The notes under the pieces were generated by a model, which was given only the letters and a program-made list of their open reading frames with translations, did no database searches and had not been told where the DNA came from. This document shows, in pieces, positions 1 to 10,586 of a stretch of DNA of 64,000 nucleotides (positions are counted from its first letter, which is position 1; each line of letters starts with the position of its first letter). A program made the position numbers and the translations under genes. The stretch is from an uncultured cyanobacterium (lineage in GTDB: Bacteria; Cyanobacteriota; Cyanobacteriia; Pseudanabaenales; Pseudanabaenaceae). The stretch covers positions 1,888,001-1,952,000 of the forward strand of contig OY969811.1 of NCBI GenBank assembly GCA_963703315.1. The letters run 5' to 3'.

Positions 1-167
1 CCATCACCCATCAAAAACATTTGCCAAGTTGGGGACAATAGGTTAAAAGGCAAACCTTTACGAATATCGGCTTCACTACCTTGCCACATCGGTTCTTCGA
101 TGCGATTCCATACAGAGATAGAGGGAGTTTTCGAGCTTAGGCTACTTGGAGGAGATGAAAGTTTCAT
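1..167 (-). CDS. ubiC: Cyanobacterial chorismate pyruvate-lyase (UbiC/Ycf21-like), 5' part; runs off the window
   Basis: Manual translation from ATG 167: MKLSS...WNRIEEPMWQGSEADIRKGLPFNLLSPTWQMFLMGDG, resembling the W..L.GDGS N-terminal motif of the family. Confidence 0.65.
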   Translation of the reverse strand, partial: MKLSSPPSSLSSKTPSISVWNRIEEPMWQGSEADIRKGLPFNLLSPTWQMFLMGD

Positions 168-250
168 ACAGGATTTCTCTTAACAATCCGTAACATATTC
201 CCCATTGTAGTCTAAACAAAAAGCAACTCGCTCCGCGAGTTGCTTTTTGT

Positions 251-1090
251 TCAAGACATTCTCAACAGCCTAATTTGAGCAACAATGAAAATTGCAGGAA
301 TGATCCGCCCGTAATTAGTGGCGATCGCCCTCCAACCGAGATCTGCAAAAAACAATCCCCAGAGCGCAGGTGTAATCACGGAAAATACTGTCCGCGCCGC
401 CGTATACTGCGTTGCCGCCGCCGCCATCCCCCGTTTCGCAAGATAGGTAGAAACATAGGCATTGAGCCGCGTTGCGATCGCGGTTCCACCAGCCTTCAAC
501 ACTTCGTAACCCACTTGATAGGATGCAAAGTGCCATGCCATCTGACGGGCGATCGCCGTAAGCACTGCCGAACGAATCACCGTACTCACCGCGATCGCAC
601 TACCACCCTTGACGAGTAAACTCATCGGATTGCGCTGAGCATCAAGGGGCAAGGATTTTTTTAAATCTGACTCCGTAATAGCTGCTTGTAGCGAATCATC
701 AATACTTGAGCGCTCTTGAGGCGAGAGTTTTTTCCATGAGTTGCTAATTAAATTCAGAAATAATTCAGACTCAATATCTTCAACGGTCTGATTTTTAGAA
801 TATTTAATATTTAAATGCTGACATACACGTTCTAAAACCTCACGGTAGCTGACATGATCAGTTTTACGTCGTAAAACCGTCAAACCATCAGCAGCTAGAA
901 ATCGAAATCGCTTGGCGATCGCCTCAATCAGTTCATCGCGATCCCAGCTTTGTAATTCTTTGATAGGTGGAGTCGCTAAATAATCAAGGGGATTGAACTT
1001 GCGCCGAAAGAGGATATCCGCAATTTGGGATAGCTCCTCATCGGTTGCTAACGCTAGCACATTGCTTAATTCGTCCATTGCCCCATCCAT
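251..1090 (-). CDS. YaaW/UPF0174-family protein
   Basis: FRFLAADGLTVLR, SYREVL, ATNYGRIIP motifs; start may be 1078. Confidence 0.75.
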   Translation of the reverse strand: MDGAMDELSNVLALATDEELSQIADILFRRKFNPLDYLATPPIKELQSWDRDELIEAIAKRFRFLAADGLTVLRRKTDHVSYREVLERVCQHLNIKYSKNQTVEDIESELFLNLISNSWKKLSPQERSSIDDSLQAAITESDLKKSLPLDAQRNPMSLLVKGGSAIAVSTVIRSAVLTAIARQMAWHFASYQVGYEVLKAGGTAIATRLNAYVSTYLAKRGMAAAATQYTAARTVFSVITPALWGLFFADLGWRAIATNYGRIIPAIFIVAQIRLLRMS

Positions 1091-1358
1091 TGATTTTTAA
1101 CGAACAGTATCTAAAGCTTACTTAAGCTTAAGAGATTCTAGTACTAATTCCTGAAATGACAAAGTTATATAAAGAACCAATTTCTTGTAGCGTGGCTTTG
1201 CCGCGCCACAAGAAACATGGCTGACTATGAAAATATTATAGGGTGCTTATTAATTGGTGATTTTGGTTATCGGTTTTAAGAACTGCGATCGCGATAAACG
1301 TTTGTGGGGTTCGCTTCAGTTAAACTAAAGATAGTTATTTTAAGAAAATTAAGTATAT

Positions 1359-3281
1359 ATGCGGTTAAGTGATGTTACCCACCCCAACCAATTGCATGGT
1401 CTGACGATCTCGCAATTGGAGTCCATAGCCAAGGAAATTCGGCAAAAACATTTAGAAACGATCGCTGCCACAGGTGGACATTTAGGACCTGGGCTAGGTG
1501 TAGTCGAGCTAACCCTCGCTTTGTACCAAACCCTCGATCTAGATCGCGACAAGGTAGTTTGGGACGTAGGACACCAAGCTTATCCCCACAAATTGATTAC
1601 TGGACGTTACAAAAACTTCCATACCCTGCGTCAAAAAGATGGCATCGCAGGTTATCTCAACCGTCGCGAAAGCGAGTTTGACCATTTCGGTGCTGGTCAT
1701 GCTTCCACCAGTATTTCCGCAGCCCTCGGCATGGCGATCGCCCGTGACTTGCAAGGCGAAAACTACAAAACTGTGGCGATTATCGGTGATGGCTCGTTGA
1801 CAGGCGGCATGGCGCTTGAAGCAATCAATCATGCAGGACATCTTCCCAAAACTAATTTATTAGTTGTCCTCAATGACAATGAAATGTCGATTTCCGCTAA
1901 CGTGGGCGCAATTCCCAAGTATCTAAATAAGCTGCGCCTCAGTCCCCCGATGAAATTTATTACTAACAATCTAGAGGGACAAATTCGCAATATTCCCTTT
2001 GTTGGTGAACAGATCAGCCCTGAGATCGAAAGAATCAAGGACAATCTCAAGATTGTGACAATGGTACAAAACAAAGTCGGAGCCGTATTTGAAGAACTTG
2101 GCTTTACTTACATTGGACCTGTTGATGGTCACAACCTCAAGGAATTGATCGACACCTTCAAGATGGCGCATACGCTCACAGGTCCCGTCATGGTTCATGT
2201 CAGCACTACCAAAGGTAAAGGCTATAGCTATGCGGAAGCCGATCGCGTTGGCTACCATGCCCAAAACTCCTTTGACCTCGCTACAGGCAAAGCGAAACCC
2301 TCGGCTTCCAGTAGTAAGCCAAAGCCTCCCAGCTATTCTAAAGTTTTTGCAGATACACTGATCAAGCTTGCTGAGCATGACAAGCGCATTGTCGCCATTA
2401 CCGCCGCCATGTCCACAGGCACAGGCTTAGATAAGTTCCAAGCCGCATTACCAAATCAATTTATCGATGTCGGTATTGCTGAGCAGCACGCCCTCACCGT
2501 CGCCGCAGGTATGGCTTGCGAAGGAATGCGCCCCGTTGCCGCGATTTATTCCACCTTCCTCCAACGTGGTTTTGACCAGATCATCCATGATATTTGCATC
2601 CAAGACCTACCTGTTTTTCTCTGTCTCGATCGCGCAGGTATCGTTGGTGCTGATGGTCCTACCCACCAAGGAATGTATGACATTGCCTATCTGCGCTGCA
2701 TTCCCAACATGGTGCTAATGGCTCCTAAGGATGAAGCCGAAATGCAGAACATGATCGTTACTGGCTTGACCCATCATGGACCGATCGCTATGCGTTATCC
2801 TCGCGGTAACGGTGTGGGCGCACCATTGCAAGATGAAGATATCGAGCCATTACCAATTGGTAAAGCGGAAGTATTGCGCGAAGGTAAGGATGTACTGCTT
2901 CTAGCCTATGGCTCAATGGTCTATCCTTCCTTGCAAGTTGCCGAACTCCTGAATGAGCATGGAATTAGCGCCACTGTGGTTAATGCCCGATTCGCCAAAC
3001 CTTTAGATACTGAGTTGATTCTGCCCCTTGCTCAAAAGATTGGGAAAGTAGTCACTCTTGAAGAAGGTTGCTTGATGGGTGGTTTTGGTAGTGCTGTACT
3101 GGAAGCTTTGAATGATGCAAATGTGCTGGCTCCCGTTTACCGCATTGGTGTTCCCGATATTCTCGTTGAACACGCTTCGCCAGAGCAGTCTTTCAATTCC
3201 CTCGGTCTATCCAGTGGTCAAATCTGCGATCGCATTCTTAATCAGTTTGCCTTTAATAAACAACCTGCAATTAGTAACTAA
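1359..3281 (+). CDS. dxs: 1-deoxy-D-xylulose-5-phosphate synthase
   Basis: [48 protein letters not shown]. Confidence 0.98.
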   Translation: MRLSDVTHPNQLHGLTISQLESIAKEIRQKHLETIAATGGHLGPGLGVVELTLALYQTLDLDRDKVVWDVGHQAYPHKLITGRYKNFHTLRQKDGIAGYLNRRESEFDHFGAGHASTSISAALGMAIARDLQGENYKTVAIIGDGSLTGGMALEAINHAGHLPKTNLLVVLNDNEMSISANVGAIPKYLNKLRLSPPMKFITNNLEGQIRNIPFVGEQISPEIERIKDNLKIVTMVQNKVGAVFEELGFTYIGPVDGHNLKELIDTFKMAHTLTGPVMVHVSTTKGKGYSYAEADRVGYHAQNSFDLATGKAKPSASSSKPKPPSYSKVFADTLIKLAEHDKRIVAITAAMSTGTGLDKFQAALPNQFIDVGIAEQHALTVAAGMACEGMRPVAAIYSTFLQRGFDQIIHDICIQDLPVFLCLDRAGIVGADGPTHQGMYDIAYLRCIPNMVLMAPKDEAEMQNMIVTGLTHHGPIAMRYPRGNGVGAPLQDEDIEPLPIGKAEVLREGKDVLLLAYGSMVYPSLQVAELLNEHGISATVVNARFAKPLDTELILPLAQKIGKVVTLEEGCLMGGFGSAVLEALNDANVLAPVYRIGVPDILVEHASPEQSFNSLGLSSGQICDRILNQFAFNKQPAISN

Positions 3282-3402
3282 TTAAATGCGGAAACTAAAA
3301 ATGGTTATGCCATTTTTAGTTGAAAAACCTTGCGGGGTTTGTTTTTTAATTCAGGGAAATGTGACCACACTTCCCTGAATTAGTATCAGGAGAAGATTCG
3401 TA

Positions 3403-3999
3403 ATGGCTTATAGTGACTTCACATTAGCGCGAGTTAAGGAAGAACTTGGGTTAACCGTTAAAGAAGGCAAAAGTCTATTTGATAACATTTCCCCAGTAGC
3501 TCCCTCTGCATATCTTCAGGAAAGCTTAAAACGCGCTGAGTCCTTTGTGACTTTAGTTAATACTGAGAAAGTGAGATCAGAATTTTTGATTGCACCAATC
3601 TTGGGCGAAATCAGAATGCAATTACAACCAGAAATTAGCTTGTTCTCTGGAACTGAGTTTAATGTGGATGCCTCACTAGGGCTACAAGGCTTTTGTGATT
3701 TTATTTTGAGCAAATCATCGGAACAGATAGATATTACGGCTCCTGTAATGGCGATCGCGGAAGCAAAAAATGAAAGTATTCGCAGTGGTTTAGGTCAATG
3801 TCTAGCAGAGATGTTTGCCGCCCAAATCTTTAATCAACGTCATGGGCAACTATGCGATCGCATCTATGGCGCAGTCACTACAGGCAGTTTATGGCGCTTT
3901 CTGATCCTAGAAGATAATATTGCTTATATCGATCAACCTGAATATTTCATTGGCAATGTTGATAAAATACTTGGCATTTTGATGTTGCCATTCGTATAA
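3403..3999 (+). CDS. Cyanobacterial PD-(D/E)XK-like hypothetical protein (HsdR N-terminal-like)
   Basis: MAYSDFTL start, GFCDF...EAK, GLGQCLAEM.AAQ, YGAVTTG..W.F. Confidence 0.7.
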   Translation: MAYSDFTLARVKEELGLTVKEGKSLFDNISPVAPSAYLQESLKRAESFVTLVNTEKVRSEFLIAPILGEIRMQLQPEISLFSGTEFNVDASLGLQGFCDFILSKSSEQIDITAPVMAIAEAKNESIRSGLGQCLAEMFAAQIFNQRHGQLCDRIYGAVTTGSLWRFLILEDNIAYIDQPEYFIGNVDKILGILMLPFV

Positions 4000-4086
4000 C
4001 TATAGCTGCTGCCAATCTTGCCCAAAGCCAGAATTGAGTTGCGCCGCGAAGCGGTGCAACTCAATTCTGGCTTTGTGATTTCTATT

Positions 4087-4749
4087 TTAAATAAGACTGT
4101 TCTGAACTTTGCAAATTGCTTTTAAAACCTGTAATAGCTTTTCGGAAGATTCAGGTTCCATTAAATGTAGTGATGGCAATGGTTGATAAGTGGAATAAGA
4201 GTTTTGCTCAGCACTTTGTTGAATGTATACAAACTCGTAGTACACACCATTAGTCGTTAATCCCCATACCGCTTTTTGATTTTCTAAACTCTTATAGGCA
4301 TAAGTCAGTAATTGCGGTAAACCTTCCGATGCACTGACACTCGTATTCTTTGATTCGATCGCTAAAACCCAAAAAGCAATATCGTTGGCTCGCGGACGAT
4401 CTTTGTTAATACAGATGAGATCTAAGCGCCCTGTAATACTAATATCTTCATCTTCAATATTAATTCGATCTATTTCCTGTTCCATTCGCATCTTGATCGG
4501 CGCACGATAAAATCCTGCTAGCCTTAGTAATGGCAAAATCGACAAGGCTTTGACCATGCCCTCTAAAACTTTTCCATCCGTCAGATAATTTTTGAAGTCA
4601 TTCCGAATTTGAGTCAGTTCAGAAATTTCAAATTCCGACAATGGCTCTAATTGCAACAAAGATTTAAAAGAGCCATAGGAAAGCTCTTGAAATTTTAAGT
4701 AATGATAAACCTGATCTAAGGTCAAGGTACTAGCGTTGAGGACGGTCAT
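4087..4749 (-). CDS. Cyanobacterial PD-(D/E)XK-like hypothetical protein (HsdR N-terminal-like)
   Basis: GRLD...IESK, GLPQLLTY, WGLTTNG; ATG at 4749 preferred over TTG at 4761. Confidence 0.7.
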   Translation of the reverse strand: MTVLNASTLTLDQVYHYLKFQELSYGSFKSLLQLEPLSEFEISELTQIRNDFKNYLTDGKVLEGMVKALSILPLLRLAGFYRAPIKMRMEQEIDRINIEDEDISITGRLDLICINKDRPRANDIAFWVLAIESKNTSVSASEGLPQLLTYAYKSLENQKAVWGLTTNGVYYEFVYIQQSAEQNSYSTYQPLPSLHLMEPESSEKLLQVLKAICKVQNSLI

Positions 4750-4897
4750 TGTTTTTGCCAAAATGCTTAATCTGAATTATAGCTTTTGCCAGTCTAGTGA
4801 AGTAGGGGATTATTTCCCCGCCGAAGGCGGGGAAATAATCCCCTACTTCGCTGCTATAAAAAGATTTGGTATCTCTTCGTGCCGCCTAATCTCCTCG

Positions 4898-5296
4898 CTA
4901 TTGCAATGCATTAGTGACAACATTAGAGAATTTTTTAAGATAGACAAACCTTTGTAAGAACTTAACTAAAATTCCTACATAATCAATCTCAATCTGATTA
5001 ACTTTTAGCCAAATTGCAGTGAGATTAATTGCGAAACAGGTAATTCCCAAAAACATCAAAATAAATGTGGGAGCCATAACTACGCCGATGATGTACCAAC
5101 TAATTACATGGAAAATCATCAGTAAGGCGTAAATAATCGCGCTAGCACTAATTGTAAAAATTTGGACGGGCGATCGCTTTAAAATTGTAAACAAAATCGT
5201 TTGTGAAGTGGCGATCAAGTTAGCGGGTACGAGAAATGCACAGATGGCGATGCAGTGCGATCGCGAAAACTCATTTAAACAATGCAAATCGAGCAT
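4898..5296 (-). CDS. Conserved cyanobacterial membrane protein
   Basis: Hydrophobic ORF with EFSR.HCIAICAFLVPANL and HV.SW..IGVVMAPT. Confidence 0.7.
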   Translation of the reverse strand: MLDLHCLNEFSRSHCIAICAFLVPANLIATSQTILFTILKRSPVQIFTISASAIIYALLMIFHVISWYIIGVVMAPTFILMFLGITCFAINLTAIWLKVNQIEIDYVGILVKFLQRFVYLKKFSNVVTNALQ

Positions 5297-5448
5297 TCAA
5301 TTAATCCTTATCTATTCCCTCACAGATTTCTCAAAGATGAGTTAATCCATTGTTACGACTTTGTACACCGTAACATGATCATCTTATTTCTTGAGTATTT
5401 GTTACTAATCGCAAGAAAAATAAAAAAGAGGCGCTAAGCGCCTCTTTT

Positions 5449-6669
5449 TTATTTTTCTTGCGATGTTTTCTGTCTGACAATCCCAAATACTGATGTGTAT
5501 CCATGCAAAAACGTAGTTCCACCCACAGGACCAATTTCTCCTGAACAGAAAAAGCCACTCAATGGAATTAGCCCAGCGTGTCTTTGTAATAACTCAGAAT
5601 CAAAGTTTGGCTTTTCGTATAGCCTTTCACCACGACCCATACAGGAAAACATTAAAGCGGCGCTAGGAGATACATGGGGAGCTTCTAAACTTAATTGATT
5701 ACTGTAATTGACCAAAGCCTCTTCCAAATCTTCAGCCGAAGCTTTACGATCGCGCAAGTGTAGTTGAATCCTTTGCCCTGGACGCATCCGATCGCCCACA
5801 GCGATCGCTCCAGAGCGTGGATCAACGCCAATGATATTCCGAATCAAAAAGTCACCCTGTGATGGATTTACCTTAAATTCATTCATCACCACCCCAATAA
5901 ATAATGAGTGCTGGGCAAGTTCGCGATCGCTTTGACTTAAGTCACCCACCGTATCTTGCAACAGGCTCAGGGGTGGCTTACCCTCTAAACCTAAGATTAA
6001 ATTACGTTCACACTCAGAAACCTGCATAATCTTGCCAATCGGACGACACCCCTGAGCGACTACAGGATCAATTGTTATGCCTCCCCACAATGCCACACCG
6101 AGTAGCCCCGTACGATAAAGCTTATATTTACCTTCTTCATGGAAGCAAAATAACGCATTTGCCCCCATCCCCCCACTGCTGGACAAACCACCAACCTTCA
6201 CCGCATGGGGATAAGCAAAATCTAGCCCCTGAATTAGATCATTAACTGGGAATGAAAATGGATCGGCAACTAACACAAAACTAGGGGCAACCGATGGATC
6301 AACATTGGTTAATTTTTCCCAGCGATCGGGAGAGCTATCAAGATCAGGTAAGTCACTATCATCTAAATGAAATACTCTAGCTTCAGCATTTGGTAAATGC
6401 CCTACTAACAAAGCGATCGCGGGCTTGTCTTCAAACTCGCGACCATTACCAACTATGCCCCCACCAGAACAACCAATTAACTTTTTGATTGGCAGCTTAT
6501 CCGCAAGTAAGGGCAATAAACGAGGGTAATCACTGGCAAAGGCGGTAGAAATAAATAAAAACCCTAAATCGAGCGAGCAATCACCAAGCGCTGAAATAAC
6601 TTGCTGGGATATATCTTGCACCGCCGCTTCTAAAGATATCTTCGTCGAAAGACTACTAAACCACTTCAT
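5449..6669 (-). CDS. FIST N/C-domain signal transduction protein
   Basis: GCSGGG, VAQGCRPIG, FLIRNIIGVDP, FSC.GRG, GFFC.GEIGP. Confidence 0.92.
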   Translation of the reverse strand: MKWFSSLSTKISLEAAVQDISQQVISALGDCSLDLGFLFISTAFASDYPRLLPLLADKLPIKKLIGCSGGGIVGNGREFEDKPAIALLVGHLPNAEARVFHLDDSDLPDLDSSPDRWEKLTNVDPSVAPSFVLVADPFSFPVNDLIQGLDFAYPHAVKVGGLSSSGGMGANALFCFHEEGKYKLYRTGLLGVALWGGITIDPVVAQGCRPIGKIMQVSECERNLILGLEGKPPLSLLQDTVGDLSQSDRELAQHSLFIGVVMNEFKVNPSQGDFLIRNIIGVDPRSGAIAVGDRMRPGQRIQLHLRDRKASAEDLEEALVNYSNQLSLEAPHVSPSAALMFSCMGRGERLYEKPNFDSELLQRHAGLIPLSGFFCSGEIGPVGGTTFLHGYTSVFGIVRQKTSQEK

Positions 6670-6903
6670 ACGCCTAACCCAAAATTAAGTTCATTTTTAG
6701 ATTTGTTTCCAGATATTTACCTATAAATCACTTAAAAATTGCTTAGGTAGACTCTATATCTTTAATCTAAGCTTAATATTTAAGCTTACCTTGCAGCGAC
6801 ATTATTCCCCCATTTTTAATCAAGTCTTCGATCAAGACTTGGTGGGATGCTTAAATCACAGTAAAATATTTCTGGTAAAAATTTTTTGGTAGCAGTTGTT
6901 GGT

Positions 6904-7110
6904 AACTAAGTAAGCCTAATTAAATATAAAAACCTAAAAACCGTGATGTACGCTGCGCGTGCGCCACAATTTTTAGATATGGGTTTTACAGCACCTTCCG
7001 ATCCAATGAACCACTAGAACTTTTTGAAAGTGTTGCAAAGCAACACTTTCAAAAAGTTCCGAGTTCGGGTTTGAGCGCAAAGCGCTGTAATTATGCCGAG
7101 GTACTTAGTT
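6904..7110. mobile_element. MITE-like element with a second ~100-bp element nested inside (6987-7089)
   Basis: Outer inverted ends AACTAAGTA/TACTTAGTT; inner TACAGC...GCTGTA element with a central hairpin, related to 13695-13799 and ~28646-28734. Confidence 0.55.
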
Positions 7111-7218
7111 GACCAAAAGACTAGTTGCCAAGTTTAAGTTATATATAGTTTACAAACTTTACAAATACGTTTACAGATACATTTACTTTATTAAACCTAA
7201 GTCAACGGAAACAACTAT

Positions 7219-7719
7219 ATGCCACAGGATACAATCAGCAGCCTCATCAATTCTTACGATGCTACTGGAAAATATTTTGATCGGGATGCATTGGATACAC
7301 TCAAATCCTACTTTTCCACAGGAACTGCCCGTTTAAGTGCTTCGGCATTAATCACTGCTAATGCGGCTTCACTAGTGCGAAAGGCTGGTTCACAGTTGTT
7401 TGAAGAAGTTCCCGATCTCATTCGCCCAGGTGGTAACGCTTATACAACTCGCCGTTTTGCTGCTTGCCTACGTGATTTGGACTACTACTTGCGCTATGCT
7501 TCCTACGCTCTGGTTGCTGGCAATAATGATGTTTTAGACGAAAGAGTACTGCAAGGCTTGCGTGATACCTATAGCTCTCTAGGCGTACCCATCGGGCCAA
7601 CCGTACAGGGGATTCAAATCCTGAAGCAGCTTGTTTTTGACTTGGTGGGTGACAGCGCTGATTGGCTGGGCGCACCTTTTGACTACATGACTCGCGAACT
7701 CAGCGAAAAGAATATCTAA
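7219..7719 (+). CDS. apcF: Allophycocyanin beta-18 subunit
   Basis: Phycobiliprotein with RPGGNAYTTRRFAACLRD and PFDYMTRELSE C-terminus; stand-alone gene. Confidence 0.9.
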   Translation: MPQDTISSLINSYDATGKYFDRDALDTLKSYFSTGTARLSASALITANAASLVRKAGSQLFEEVPDLIRPGGNAYTTRRFAACLRDLDYYLRYASYALVAGNNDVLDERVLQGLRDTYSSLGVPIGPTVQGIQILKQLVFDLVGDSADWLGAPFDYMTRELSEKNI

Positions 7720-7831
7720 GCAAACAAAAAAACAAAGGAGCGCGATGCGCTCCTTTGTTTTTATTCTTCAAAATGATTTAAGATTGTTAATAATCGCGTA
7801 AGCTCGATTTTGTCTAGGAGAGATTTTATAT

Positions 7832-8911
7832 ATGGCTTTAGTACCAATGCGTCTGCTGCTCGATCATGCGGCTGAGAATAATTACGGCATTCCTGCGTTT
7901 AATGTCAATAACTTAGAGCAGATCCAAGCAATTTTGAAGGCTGCTGACGAAACCAACAGCCCTGTGATCCTGCAAGCATCTCGTGGTGCTCGCTCCTATG
8001 CTGGTGAAAATTTCTTGCGTCACTTGATTTTGGCTGCTGCCGAAACCTATCCTCATCTTCCCATCGTGATGCACCAAGATCACGGTAATGCCCCTTCAAC
8101 TTGCTATTCGGCAATTAAGCATGGCTTTACCAGTGTGATGATGGATGGTTCCTTAGAAGCTGATGCTAAGACTCCTGCTAGCTATGAGTACAACGTTGCT
8201 GTTACCTCAGAAGTAGTTAAGGTTGCCCATTCGATCGGTGCTAGCGTCGAAGGTGAACTTGGTTGCTTAGGTTCTCTCGAAACTGGTAAGGGTGAAGCTG
8301 AAGATGGACATGGTTTTGAAGGTGCTTTAGACCATTCTCAACTTTTGACCGATCCTGAAGAAGCTGCTGACTTCGTTGAGCGGACTCAAGTCGATGCTTT
8401 GGCTGTGGCGATCGGTACTAGTCACGGTGCTTATAAGTTTACACGCAAGCCTACTGGCGAAATTCTTGCCATTAGCCGCATTGAAGAAATTCACCGTCTC
8501 TTGCCTAATACTCACCTTGTCATGCATGGTTCTTCTTCAGTTCCTGAAGATTTACTTGCGATGATCAATGAGTATGGTGGTGCAATTCCTGAAACCTACG
8601 GTGTACCTGTTGAAGAAATTCAAAAGGGCATTAAGTCTGGTGTGCGTAAGGTTAATATCGATACCGACTGTCGCCTTGCGATTACTGCTGCGGTTCGTGA
8701 AGCTTTGGCTAAGAATCCTAAGGAATTCGATCCTCGCCACTTCTTGAAGCCTTCGATCAAGTATATGCAAAAAGTATGTGCCGATCGCTATGTTCAGTTT
8801 GAAGCTGCTGGTCAAGCTAGCAAGATTAAGCAAGTTGGTCTTGATGAGTTTGCGGCTAAGTACGCTAAGGGAGAATTGACCCAAGTTCGTCGTCAAGTTG
8901 TTAATGCTTAA
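7832..8911 (+). CDS. fbaA: Class II fructose-bisphosphate aldolase
   Basis: [27 protein letters not shown]. Confidence 0.97.
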   Translation: MALVPMRLLLDHAAENNYGIPAFNVNNLEQIQAILKAADETNSPVILQASRGARSYAGENFLRHLILAAAETYPHLPIVMHQDHGNAPSTCYSAIKHGFTSVMMDGSLEADAKTPASYEYNVAVTSEVVKVAHSIGASVEGELGCLGSLETGKGEAEDGHGFEGALDHSQLLTDPEEAADFVERTQVDALAVAIGTSHGAYKFTRKPTGEILAISRIEEIHRLLPNTHLVMHGSSSVPEDLLAMINEYGGAIPETYGVPVEEIQKGIKSGVRKVNIDTDCRLAITAAVREALAKNPKEFDPRHFLKPSIKYMQKVCADRYVQFEAAGQASKIKQVGLDEFAAKYAKGELTQVRRQVVNA

Positions 8912-9023
8912 GTATTAACACAGCTTTTCTAATAAAGCTTGTTTAACAATTAAAAAATATAAGGGACGCAATGCGTCCCTTATATTTTTTGAATATAATA
9001 CGAACCTCACCTAAATTTTGCTC

Positions 9024-9932
9024 ATGACTTCTTATTCGTTTTCTACGGCTGAGCCAAATAAAATCAATCTCACGAAAAAACCAAAGCTTTTGGTAGTTGA
9101 TGATGAGCAAGACAACCTTGATCTGCTGTATCGCACATTTCGTCGTGAATTTACTGTATTTCGAGCAGATGGTGGTCTTAAGGCATTAGAAATTCTTGCC
9201 CAAGAGGGGGAGATGGCAGCAATTATCTCTGATCAGCGAATGCCTGAAATGAATGGGACAGAGTTTCTCAGTCGTACAGTGTCCGATTTCCCTGATACGA
9301 TGCGGATCGTGTTGACTGGCTATACAGATATTAATGATTTAATTGATGCGATTAATTCAGGGCAAGTCCATAAATATATTACAAAGCCTTGGGAGCCTGA
9401 TCAATTAAAGTCAGTTGTCTCAGAGGCAACCCAACTTTATGATTTATTGAAGCAACGTTCTGAGGAGTTAAGCCGATCGCAGGCTCAGAATGTTTTGTTG
9501 TCAGTAATTGTCGAAATTGCTCAAAAATCCAATCAACTAGCAGAATGTATATTGCCTTTAGCAAGTGCATTTTGGCAGAATTTTAGAGCCGATGGGGTGA
9601 TTTTACAGTTGGTGGAAAATGGGGCTTTGACTGACACTCAAGCAATATGTGGTGAAAGTATCTGGGATTTGGCGACAGATCCTTTAGTGGAAACGGCGAT
9701 CGCTTCGGGGAAATCTCAAATTTCGCTAGCACCTGCACCAACGGATCAAGATCAACAATTCAAAACAAATTTAGCGATCGCCATTACTTTTCGTGAGCAG
9801 GTATTAGGTATCTTGTCTCTGCGCTGGCGACAGGCAAATGCGGTGAGCATGGATGATGTTGCCGCACTTCAACAATGTGCCGATGAGGTGGCGATCGCTC
9901 TAACCTGTATACGTTACTATGCCCAACTTTGA
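9024..9932 (+). CDS. Response regulator (REC plus GAF-like domain)
   Basis: VVDDE, SDQRMP, LTGY, KPW; C-terminal GAF-like segment. Confidence 0.88.
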   Translation: MTSYSFSTAEPNKINLTKKPKLLVVDDEQDNLDLLYRTFRREFTVFRADGGLKALEILAQEGEMAAIISDQRMPEMNGTEFLSRTVSDFPDTMRIVLTGYTDINDLIDAINSGQVHKYITKPWEPDQLKSVVSEATQLYDLLKQRSEELSRSQAQNVLLSVIVEIAQKSNQLAECILPLASAFWQNFRADGVILQLVENGALTDTQAICGESIWDLATDPLVETAIASGKSQISLAPAPTDQDQQFKTNLAIAITFREQVLGILSLRWRQANAVSMDDVAALQQCADEVAIALTCIRYYAQL

Positions 9933-10392
9933 AGCATCTTTAAAAACCATTAGTCAGACCGTTGATGAGAAACTGCTGGCTTTGGCGATCGCGATCGCCC
10001 ACAAAGCTCATGAGGGGCAGTTTGATAAAGCGGGTAAGCCCTATATTGCCCATCCATTAACGGTAATGGCGCAGATGGATACGCTGGAAAGTAAGATTGT
10101 CGCAGTGTTACATGATGCGATCGAGGATTCTGATCTGACGATTACCGATCTCGTGCAGCAAGGATTTCCTGATTTTATTACGGAGGCGATCGCGGCAATT
10201 ACGAAGCTCGATGGTGAGATTTATGAAGATTATATTGCGCGAGTGAAGGCTAATGCGATCGCACTAAAAGTCAAGATTGCTGATGTGACGCATAACATGG
10301 ATCTCAGTCGCATTGCGAAACCCACAGCCAAAGATTTTCAGCGTTTAGAGAAATATCAAAAAGTTCTCCAAAAGTTACAACAAGCCCTGTAA
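9919..10392 (+). CDS. Small HD-domain protein (RelA/SpoT hydrolase/Mesh1-like)
   Basis: AHEGQ.DKAG.PYIAHP, LHDAIED, VKIAD..HN. Confidence 0.85.
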   Translation: MPNFEASLKTISQTVDEKLLALAIAIAHKAHEGQFDKAGKPYIAHPLTVMAQMDTLESKIVAVLHDAIEDSDLTITDLVQQGFPDFITEAIAAITKLDGEIYEDYIARVKANAIALKVKIADVTHNMDLSRIAKPTAKDFQRLEKYQKVLQKLQQAL

Positions 10393-10508
10393 TACCAATT
10401 CACGAAAGTGTAACAACACTTTCGTGAATTAAAAACCAAACCCATCGCTTGTTATACCAAAACTAAAAATGGCTACGCCATTTTTAGTTTTGGTATAACA
10501 AGCGATGG
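10392..10508. repeat. Two-hairpin dispersed element; relatives at ~3293-3386, ~39077-39177 and a partial copy at ~55362-55425
   Basis: AATTCACGAAAGTG..CACTTTCGTGAATT hairpin plus AACTAAAAATGGC-NNN-GCCATTTTTAGTT hairpin. Confidence 0.75.
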
Positions 10509-10586
10509 AATCGTGATTGGCTTTTACTTTGCTAGCGATCGCCTTATGATATTTACGGATGAACATAAATACTGAAATCGCGGTTA

